Source: an uncultured virus (IMG/VR IMGVR_UViG_3300017963_000244) (Duplodnaviria; Heunggongvirae; Uroviricota; Caudoviricetes). From it: DNA of 20,000 nucleotides. Both the position numbers and the translations under genes were made by a program. Position 1 is the first letter of the stretch; every line of letters starts with the position of its first letter. The DNA lies in the IMG/VR virus record IMGVR_UViG_3300017963_000244, positions 58,561-78,560 of that record. One strand, given 5' to 3'. This document shows, in pieces, positions 1 to 6,457 of this stretch. Below the pieces are notes generated by a model. The model searched no databases. It saw only the letters and a list, made by a program, of their open reading frames with translations, and was not told where the DNA came from.

Positions 1-1
1 G

Positions 2-2014
2 TTCAAGTTCAACATCGACGGGACGCCCGTGACGGTGGTGTTCACGGACGGCGTCGGGGCCGCGATTCCCGCGGCCGGGAGCGCCAGCGTGCCTCTCGGT
101 CCGGTCACGACGGCGAACACGGTCCTCGCCCAGATCCTCGCCGGGGCGGTCGGCGCCGGACTGCCAGCCTCGGTCGTGCTCCAGGAGGGCGCGGGCACCC
201 GACTGCTGAGCGCCACCGCCACCACGGACTCCGCCGTCACGATAGGTGCCGGGAACGCGAACGACGTCCTCGGCTTCTCCGACGACGCCACGGCGGCCCG
301 GACCCTGGTCGAGCCCGAGGTCACGGCCTCCGCGCTCATGATGCACCACAGCGCGTCCCTCAACGACGCGCTCCTGGACTACCAGAACCCCGACGCGACG
401 TACTTCGCAGAGCAGGCCCTCGCGGGCGTCGAGACCGACTCGAGCAACGCGCAGTTCCTCTTCATCGAGTCGCAGGCCAACAACATCGTGGGCCTCGGGG
501 CCTCGTCCAACATTACGTTCCTCACCGCCACGAGTGACTCGTGGCTGCGCACGGGGACGGGAGTCGGCGTGGCGACGGGCGAGGGGGCCGCGGGCGAGAG
601 CGGATTCCAGGGCTACTACGTCACGAGCTCGGACCCGGTCGACGGCTCGGGTTCCGCCAACACGTCGTCCCTCAACAACGGCACGGGCCAGGACGGCATC
701 ATCGGCACGACGTACCGCGACGCGGTGACGGGCCTCACCTTCACCGTCCTCGAGCGCGAGGGGGGCTCCGCCTACCCGACGGGCGCGGGGGCCTGGTTCA
801 CCTTCGAGGTGCGCAAGCTCGTCACCACGGACGCGAACATCCCGGTCAACTCCATCCCGGGCCTCGAGATGACGGTCGCGAATACCGAGGGATCCACGAT
901 CCCGCAGGGAGACACGGCCATCGTCGAGACGTTCGACCGGGGCGGCCAGGAACCCGCGGTGGGGGACTCCTACTTCGTGACCTACAACTTCTCGAAGACG
1001 GAGGCCGACTTCGAGACGATGCTGTTCACGAATCAGCGGGCCGTGGAGGCGAACTACGGGGAGGTCAACCCGGACAACCCGGTGTCCCTCGCCGCCTACC
1101 TCGGCTTCCTGAACGGCGGGGTCGTCCTCGCCATCAAGCAGGTGCCGAAGATCCCGGGTTCGAACCAGGCGAGCACCCAGAGCTACCTCGACGCGCTCGA
1201 CGACCTCAGGGGACCGCTGCCGGGAGGCGCCACGCTGGACACGATCACGCCGCTCAAGGGCGACGACGAGGACCTGTTCCTCTCCCTGTCGAACCACTGC
1301 GACATCCAGTCGAGCATCCGGTACCGCTCCGAGCGGACCGGGCTGATCGGGGTCTCGTCGGGGACGCAGCCGACGGACGTCGGCGGCATCGCGCAGCAGA
1401 TCGCGAACACGCGCATCAGGCTCGTGTACCCGGACATCGTGACCCTCACGATCCAGGACGCCCTCGGGAACGACAAGCAGTTCCTCGTGGACGGGACCTT
1501 CCTCGCGGCGGCGCTCTCGGGCAACCGAGCCGCCCCGAGGATCGACGTGGCGACCCCGTGGACGAGGGCCCGCATCGTCGGCTTCGACGAGCTCGCCCGT
1601 ACCCTCGACGCGGTCGAGCAGAACCAGGTGGCCGTACAGGGCGTCACCGTCCTGGACCAGCGCGGCACGATCATCCGAGTCCGTCAGGGCCTCACGACGG
1701 ACATGAGCAACATCCTCACCAAGCTCCCGACGGTCATCACCATCGCGGACGAGGTGCAGCGCTCCGCTCGCAGGGATCTCGACAGGTTCATCGGGGTCAA
1801 GTTCCTGCCGGGCATCCTCTCGGAGATCGAGGGCCAGCTCGCGACCACCATGAAGGCGCTCAAGAACGCCGAGATCATCGCGGCGTTCACGGGCATCCAG
1901 GCGCGGACCACCAACGACCCGACGCTGGTGGAGATCGAAGCATTTTATCAGCCGATTTTCCCGCTTTTATACATCGTTATAACCTTCAACCTTCGCAGCA
2001 ACCTTGGAGGTTGA
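2..2014 (+). CDS. Contractile tail sheath protein, large, 5'-truncated
   Basis: The frame is open from base 2 (FKFNIDGTPV...), so the track start at 29 is not the true start. The C-terminus reads like a sheath C-terminal domain (DAVEQNQVAVQGVTVL...IRVRQGLTTD...TIADEVQRSARRDLDRFIG...EIEAFYQPIFPLLYIVITFNL). Strong G/C-ending codon bias. Lies upstream of the tube, chaperone and TMP genes. Confidence 0.85.
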   Translation, partial: FKFNIDGTPVTVVFTDGVGAAIPAAGSASVPLGPVTTANTVLAQILAGAVGAGLPASVVLQEGAGTRLLSATATTDSAVTIGAGNANDVLGFSDDATAARTLVEPEVTASALMMHHSASLNDALLDYQNPDATYFAEQALAGVETDSSNAQFLFIESQANNIVGLGASSNITFLTATSDSWLRTGTGVGVATGEGAAGESGFQGYYVTSSDPVDGSGSANTSSLNNGTGQDGIIGTTYRDAVTGLTFTVLEREGGSAYPTGAGAWFTFEVRKLVTTDANIPVNSIPGLEMTVANTEGSTIPQGDTAIVETFDRGGQEPAVGDSYFVTYNFSKTEADFETMLFTNQRAVEANYGEVNPDNPVSLAAYLGFLNGGVVLAIKQVPKIPGSNQASTQSYLDALDDLRGPLPGGATLDTITPLKGDDEDLFLSLSNHCDIQSSIRYRSERTGLIGVSSGTQPTDVGGIAQQIANTRIRLVYPDIVTLTIQDALGNDKQFLVDGTFLAAALSGNRAAPRIDVATPWTRARIVGFDELARTLDAVEQNQVAVQGVTVLDQRGTIIRVRQGLTTDMSNILTKLPTVITIADEVQRSARRDLDRFIGVKFLPGILSEIEGQLATTMKALKNAEIIAAFTGIQARTTNDPTLVEIEAFYQPIFPLLYIVITFNLRSNLGG

Positions 2015-2029
2015 TCTAAGCGGTTGCGG

Positions 2030-2053
2030 CAGTCCTACCGGGTGGTAGGATTG
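2030..2053 (+). promoter_or_regulatory. RBS-sequestering hairpin upstream of the nuclease-methyltransferase gene
   Basis: CAGTCCTACC-GGGT-GGTAGGATTG forms a 10-bp stem (one G-U pair). The SD-like GGTAGGA (2044-2050) is in the 3' arm, 7 nt before GTG 2058. No U-tract follows. Confidence 0.6.
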
Positions 2054-2057
2054 GCAC

Positions 2058-4655
2058 GTGACCCCTGAACAACTCGAACAGGTTCTTGCGGCGTTTGCGT
2101 CCGACGACGCGGCCGCCGTGATTGCGAAATGCACAGGTGTGCCACGGGGTCACGTCTACAAGCTCTGGAAAGAACAGTTCGGACCGCGAGCTCTTCGGGA
2201 TCGGGGCAACCGACTTCGCGGCCTGGCGAAGAGTCGTTCGGGAAACTCGGCCAGAACTGAGGTTCGCGACGCCGCCATCGCTGCCTTCGAAGAGGGGGAG
2301 GCGATGAAGGCCGTCGCGCTCCGGTTGGGGGTTCACTACACGCAGATTCGTGAGTGGTGGGTTGAGGTTTACGGGGTGGAGACGGTGGCCGAGCGGGGCC
2401 GTGCCCTTCAGAGGACTCGAACTCGTGCTAACCATGAGAGGCTCAGGGGAAAAGCGCGAAAGGTCCGCGTTATCTCGGTACCTTGTGACGCGTGCGGTCG
2501 GGATCTTGAGGTTTCTACCATCTCGGCGGCTAAAAGTTCGCGAATCGTGTGTTCCTCCTGCGAGCAGTCGGAACGAGGGGCCGACACCGCGTGTCCCGTC
2601 TGTGGTCGACTCTGCGTCGGGAAAAGGGGACTCGCGAGCCACTTAGGGAGCGCCAAAGATGAGGTCCATCGCGAGTATCTTCGGCACCAGGAAGAAGAGC
2701 GTCTTGGAGAGGAGGGTCACGGGCACGTGGTGTGCCTTGAGTGCGGCCATCGTGCTCGGAATCTGTGGAAGCATCTTGAGGCGGAACACGAGATGACACC
2801 CTCCGAGTATGTCGGAAAGTGGCCGGGTGCGTGCTGGCGTACCGAGGCGGCAGAACGAGCACGAGTGCGACGGTCCTCTGAGGCACGTTCGGCCAGCGGC
2901 TTTGGAAAGGGGACGCGGAAGATCGTGGCATGTCCCCAGTGTTCAACGGAGGTCGAGGTCTCTCGTTTTGCGGGGCCGCTTCACGATCTACGCTGTGACG
3001 AGTGCAGGGCAGAGGACGAACTGAAGACATGGTGTGGGAAGAGCGAACCCGAGGACTACGTCTCCTGTCGAGAGTGTGGATTTCGGGCAGAATTTCTCAT
3101 CTCTCATGTCCGATCCGCACACGACCTTGCAGAGTACGTGACTCGTCATCCGGATGCGCCGTTCACGGCGTGTCGGGCTGGTCAGCGGAAATCACCGAGT
3201 ACGAAGCTCGTGCTAACGAAGGAGCAGCTGGTGCCCTTCATGGATGAGGGGCGCGTTGTCGCGGCCGCCGCGGCGAGGGCCTTCGGGTGCGCGCAGTTTC
3301 AAATTCGTCGGGCGTGCAACGAGCTGGGGCTGCAAACCCGACGGCGGCTCGCCTGGCAGAAAGCGGTCCTGGATCGTGCCGCGTCGTATCTGGGCGTCGG
3401 CTACAAGTCGGAGTGGACCGATTCAAGGATCGTCAACGAGGCAACCGGCCGGAAGCTTCACTACGATGGCTTCTTTCCTTCCCGGAACTTGATCATCGAG
3501 GCTCACGGGGACCAGCATTTCTTCTTCATCGAAGCGTGGCACCGCACCTACGAGGAGTTCGAACGCCTGCGCGAGTTGGATCGCTTCAAGCTCAGGCGCG
3601 CTCAGGAGCTCGGGTTTGCCGTGAAGGTCGTCCGGTACGGGGACGCGATTCACGAGAGAGGCTTCTGGAGACGGCTCCTGGAGGACGACCGGGCGCTGTG
3701 GGCCAACAAGTCGGAGAGCGAGCGCCGGGACGACGTGGAGAGGGTGCTGCGGGAACTGAGGGTCTCGGGATTCCCCGACATCCTTCCCTCCCCGAAGACA
3801 CGCGCCGAATTCACGAAACTCCAGAGACAGACGATCTATCTGGACTCGTCGGGAACGATCCGTCCACAGACGACGCGAGGCACGACGGCGTGTGCCTCTT
3901 TTTTTCCGAACAGGTACCGGGCCCGTTACAAGGGGGCGCCGAGCGTGCTGGAGGCGTGGGACGACGACGACAGGTTGCGCAGGGCAGTTCGGGTACAGAT
4001 GGAGGCGGGACATCCCACCACCCCTCACCGTGTGCTGCGGGCCCTCCAGATGATCTGTCGAACGCCCTCCGTGTTTCGTCCCGGAGTCGCCAAATACGTC
4101 TGTCAGACCTACTGTCGCGAGGGGGGGACCGTCTGGGATCCGTGTGCCGGCTACGGGGGGCGTCTTTTCGGCGCGATGGCAACGCACGTGGGGGCCTACC
4201 TGGGCACGGACGTCGAGCCCGAGATCGTCGAGGGAAATCGGAGATTGGCGCAGGAGATCGGCGTCTCCGATCGATGTCAAGTGGTTCAGGCGGCGGCCGA
4301 AGAGTTCGATCCCGAGTCCCCCCTCGATTTGGTATTCACGTCTCCACCGTACTACGACCTTGAAAGCTACGGGTCGCGGTCCGATGCTCGGGCCTACTCC
4401 GACGTGGGCGAGTGGCTTGAGCGTTTCCTGGTGCCCGTGATCAACAAGGGCGCCGAGCATCTCAGGTCCGGCGCCTACTTGATCCTGAATCTTCCGGCCA
4501 AACCCCGCGCCGGCGTCGTCCTTGCCGACGAGGCCGTCAAGATCGCCGTACGAGCTGGTCTCGGGGTTCAGCCCGTCGTTTTCATGCCCGTCAGGCGCCT
4601 TCGGACCTCTCGATCTGCATGGAAGGACCCGCTAGTCGTTTTTCGCAAGCCGTAG
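2058..4655 (+). CDS. Multidomain protein: HTH x2 + zinc ribbons/C2H2 fingers + HTH + Vsr/DUF559(EDxHD)-like endonuclease + amino (N4C/N6A) DNA methyltransferase
   Basis: HTH-like segments (AAVIAKCTGVPRGHVYKLW; MKAVALRLGVHYTQIREWW; AAAAARAFGCAQFQIRRAC). Multiple CxxC pairs at ~2484-3160, including Ros/MucR-like VCLECGHRARNLWKHLEAEHEMTPSEY. Nuclease-like LHYDGFF...IIEAHGDQH...ELDRFK...VVRY at ~3351-3645. SAM-binding motif DPCAGYGG (4137), YLGTDVE and catalytic DLVFTSPPYYDLE (SPPY at 4341). Confidence 0.8.
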   Translation: MTPEQLEQVLAAFASDDAAAVIAKCTGVPRGHVYKLWKEQFGPRALRDRGNRLRGLAKSRSGNSARTEVRDAAIAAFEEGEAMKAVALRLGVHYTQIREWWVEVYGVETVAERGRALQRTRTRANHERLRGKARKVRVISVPCDACGRDLEVSTISAAKSSRIVCSSCEQSERGADTACPVCGRLCVGKRGLASHLGSAKDEVHREYLRHQEEERLGEEGHGHVVCLECGHRARNLWKHLEAEHEMTPSEYVGKWPGACWRTEAAERARVRRSSEARSASGFGKGTRKIVACPQCSTEVEVSRFAGPLHDLRCDECRAEDELKTWCGKSEPEDYVSCRECGFRAEFLISHVRSAHDLAEYVTRHPDAPFTACRAGQRKSPSTKLVLTKEQLVPFMDEGRVVAAAAARAFGCAQFQIRRACNELGLQTRRRLAWQKAVLDRAASYLGVGYKSEWTDSRIVNEATGRKLHYDGFFPSRNLIIEAHGDQHFFFIEAWHRTYEEFERLRELDRFKLRRAQELGFAVKVVRYGDAIHERGFWRRLLEDDRALWANKSESERRDDVERVLRELRVSGFPDILPSPKTRAEFTKLQRQTIYLDSSGTIRPQTTRGTTACASFFPNRYRARYKGAPSVLEAWDDDDRLRRAVRVQMEAGHPTTPHRVLRALQMICRTPSVFRPGVAKYVCQTYCREGGTVWDPCAGYGGRLFGAMATHVGAYLGTDVEPEIVEGNRRLAQEIGVSDRCQVVQAAAEEFDPESPLDLVFTSPPYYDLESYGSRSDARAYSDVGEWLERFLVPVINKGAEHLRSGAYLILNLPAKPRAGVVLADEAVKIAVRAGLGVQPVVFMPVRRLRTSRSAWKDPLVVFRKP

Positions 4656-4708
4656 ATCTCTCCGCTTTTCCCCCTATCGGGCCCCCTCGGCATCAGGAGG
4701 GCACTGTC

Positions 4709-5104
4709 ATGCGGGACGACCTGTACGCGGGCTGGCATCTGCTCTTCGATGCCTTCGTAGACCCCGAGCACGCCGAGCGTCTGGACGACGCCGAGTTTCT
4801 TGAACGGTTATTCCGAGATCTCGTGGAAGTGCTCGACATGGAGATCCTCGGGGAACCGGCGTTCAAGAAGATTCCCTGCGATCCCTCCAGGCTGGACACG
4901 GAGCATGACGAGGGCGGCGTGACGGGTACCGTCATCGTCACCACGAGCCACCTGAGCATCCACACGTGGCCCCTGCGGAAACGCTTCTGCCTCGACGTGT
5001 TCTCGTGCAAGCAGTTCGATCACCTCGCGGTCGAGAGGCTCGTGAGGGCACGCCTCCGCGTCGAGAGGCGGTCGAGTCGCTGGATCCCACGGACGTGGCC
5101 GTGA
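4709..5104 (+). CDS. speD: S-adenosylmethionine decarboxylase (SpeD)-family pyruvoyl proenzyme, atypical
   Basis: AGGAGG at 4695-4700 supports ATG 4709 rather than the track start 4619; 131 aa. GWHLLFD...GGVTGTVIVTT|SHLSIHTWP...LDVFSCKQFD matches the prokaryotic AdoMetDC pattern GxH...GVSGVVVISE|SHxxIHTWPE...DxFTC. Confidence 0.8.
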   Translation: MRDDLYAGWHLLFDAFVDPEHAERLDDAEFLERLFRDLVEVLDMEILGEPAFKKIPCDPSRLDTEHDEGGVTGTVIVTTSHLSIHTWPLRKRFCLDVFSCKQFDHLAVERLVRARLRVERRSSRWIPRTWP

Positions 5105-5307
5105 GCGATTTTCACGAACGGCTCTCCGAATTCATGAACGTGTCGCCGACCGAGCTCGCGCGTCGGCTCAGAAGAGAGGATGACCCCGAGAAGCGCCGAG
5201 CGATGCGCCGGGCCCTCGAGGCATGGCGGCTGACGGAGGGGAATCCCCTGACCCGGAGTGCCTCGCGCGTCGCCCGCACGTGGCTGGCTTCGTTTCTACG
5301 TTTATAG
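5101..5307 (+). CDS. Small hypothetical protein (68 aa), translationally coupled to the speD-like gene
   Basis: The GTG start overlaps the speD stop (GTGA at 5101-5104). Charged, helix-like sequence MSDFHERLSEFMNVSPTELARRLRREDDPEKRRAMRRALEAWRL...SASRVARTWLASFLRL. Confidence 0.6.
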   Translation: MSDFHERLSEFMNVSPTELARRLRREDDPEKRRAMRRALEAWRLTEGNPLTRSASRVARTWLASFLRL

Positions 5308-5324
5308 GCGGTCGATCTACAGGA

Positions 5325-5348
5325 GGGGACCGTCCTGTCCCCATTTTG
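5325..5348 (+). terminator. Possible weak intrinsic terminator or leader hairpin at the end of the cassette
   Basis: GGGGAC-CGTCCT-GTCCCC 6-bp stem followed by ATTTTG. The U-tract is short. Confidence 0.3.
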
Positions 5349-5382
5349 AGCGGTGTAAGCCGCCTGACGAGAGGAAGGCAAC

Positions 5383-6174
5383 ATGGCTAACAAAGACCTC
5401 GCCCCCGCGAACGGCGTACAGGGCTCGAGCTACATCTACGACTTCGGAACGTCCCCGCAGACGCGAACGGCGGTGAGTCAGAAGGTCCGTCTCCTGACGC
5501 CGGCCTACGGCTCGGATGCGAACCTCCTGTTCCAGATGGGGGTCCTGAGCTCCTTCACGCCGAACGAGACGCGCACGATCGACACCCTGCGCGGGATCGG
5601 CTTCGGCGACATGATCGCCGAGCTCGTGCCGTCGGTGACGGAGGCGATGACGGCCGGCTTCGAGCGGGCACTCCTGTACCTCTCGAACCTCTGGCAGGCC
5701 ACGGGCTACGCGGGGGGCGCCTCGGGCCCCGTCAGGAGCCTGCGGCACCATCGCTGGCCCTTCGACATCGAGCAGCAGCTCGTGTTCTCGACCCTCGCCG
5801 ACTACGACCTCACGGGTCAGGCGGGCGTCGGGTTCAACGGGGGCGGCGGCACCTTCGACGGGGGCGTGAAGGAGATCGTCTACCCGCAGGTCACCAACGA
5901 TCCCAACAACTTCCCCGGCGACCTCCGGGGTCACACGGCGATCATCACGCTCTACGAGACCTGCTGGTTCAACTCCTGGTCCCTCACGAACGTGAGCCGC
6001 GACACGGGGATGCTGATGGAGACCGGGGACGTGACCATCAGCGACGTCCACGACTTCAGCTCCGAGTACGGAGAGTTCCTCGCCACCGGCAACGACCCGA
6101 CCATCGGTCAGGTCGGGTCCGTCCGGTTCAACGTGGGCGATCAGCGGACCGCCTCCGACTTCATCACGACGTAA
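5383..6174 (+). CDS. Tail tube protein (putative)
   Basis: GAGGAAGG SD; strong G/C-ending codon bias like the sheath. Tube-like pattern (GVLSSFTPNETRTIDTLRGIGFGDMIAELVP...WPFDIEQ...IITLYETCWFNSWS...GMLMETGDVTISDV). Position between sheath and chaperones/TMP. Confidence 0.75.
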   Translation: MANKDLAPANGVQGSSYIYDFGTSPQTRTAVSQKVRLLTPAYGSDANLLFQMGVLSSFTPNETRTIDTLRGIGFGDMIAELVPSVTEAMTAGFERALLYLSNLWQATGYAGGASGPVRSLRHHRWPFDIEQQLVFSTLADYDLTGQAGVGFNGGGGTFDGGVKEIVYPQVTNDPNNFPGDLRGHTAIITLYETCWFNSWSLTNVSRDTGMLMETGDVTISDVHDFSSEYGEFLATGNDPTIGQVGSVRFNVGDQRTASDFITT

Positions 6175-6262
6175 CCCTGAGACTTCGCGGGTAGGGTGAG
6201 GGAAAGCGCCCTTCCCGCACGGTGCCTCTCGGCCCCAGGGTTGGGAGGTCTTAGTGCTAACC

Positions 6263-6436
6263 GAGCAATCGGTGGAGCGTCGCAGACGCAAACGTGAATG
6301 TGAAACACATGGGAACGAACAGATCCCTCGAGCTGTAGCCTCCTCCTCTCCCTCGGGAGACGGTCAGATGTGGACGAGAATGGGATCGAACCAATGTGAA
6401 TCTCTTGCGCTGTGAAAACGACCCACCGGCTTGCTC
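6263..6436 (+). ncRNA. Candidate structured RNA (long imperfect rod, ~174 nt)
   Basis: Nested complementary segments found by eye: 6263-6275/6423-6436, 6279-6282/6419-6422, 6283-6291/6405-6412, 6306-6313/6391-6398, 6322-6327/6382-6387, and an apical hairpin TCTCC-CTCG-GGAGA at 6347-6360. Lies in the only long intergenic gap of the window. Confidence 0.45.
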
Positions 6437-6457
6437 CACGACAGAGTGGAGAGAGTC

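Noticed and set aside
541..2019. 492-aa alternate-frame ORF, and similar long shadow ORFs (3287-4363 +, 3423-4460 -, 5317-6291 -, 9458-11233 -, 14160-15161 -, 18771-19940 -)
   Set aside because: They overlap well-supported genes, are R/G/P-rich or antisense mirror frames, and are expected from high-GC codon bias.
3899..4127. T7 (3899-3905) and G7 (4121-4127) runs in the MTase region, also G8 at 12708-12715, as phase-variation or frameshift sites
   Set aside because: The runs are short, frames are intact, they are explained by FF/GG codons, and there is no supporting evidence.
2058..4655. Intein, intron or IS/transposase interpretation of the inserted gene
   Set aside because: The sheath ends with a complete C-terminus and stop; I saw no intein splice motifs, DDE/RuvC motifs, terminal inverted repeats or target duplication.
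2012..5320. GATCT just after three gene ends (2013, 4655, 5314) and loose TTT..TAT similarity as a late-promoter motif
   Set aside because: Too short and inconsistent to distinguish from chance without the rest of the genome.
5364..5410. CTGACGA resembling a hammerhead ribozyme core, followed by GAGG...CCTC
   Set aside because: No GAAA follows the putative stem II, and the segment overlaps the tube RBS and start.
6175..6457. tRNA or CRISPR array in the intergenic gap
   Set aside because: No cloverleaf/T-loop consensus and no regularly spaced direct repeats.
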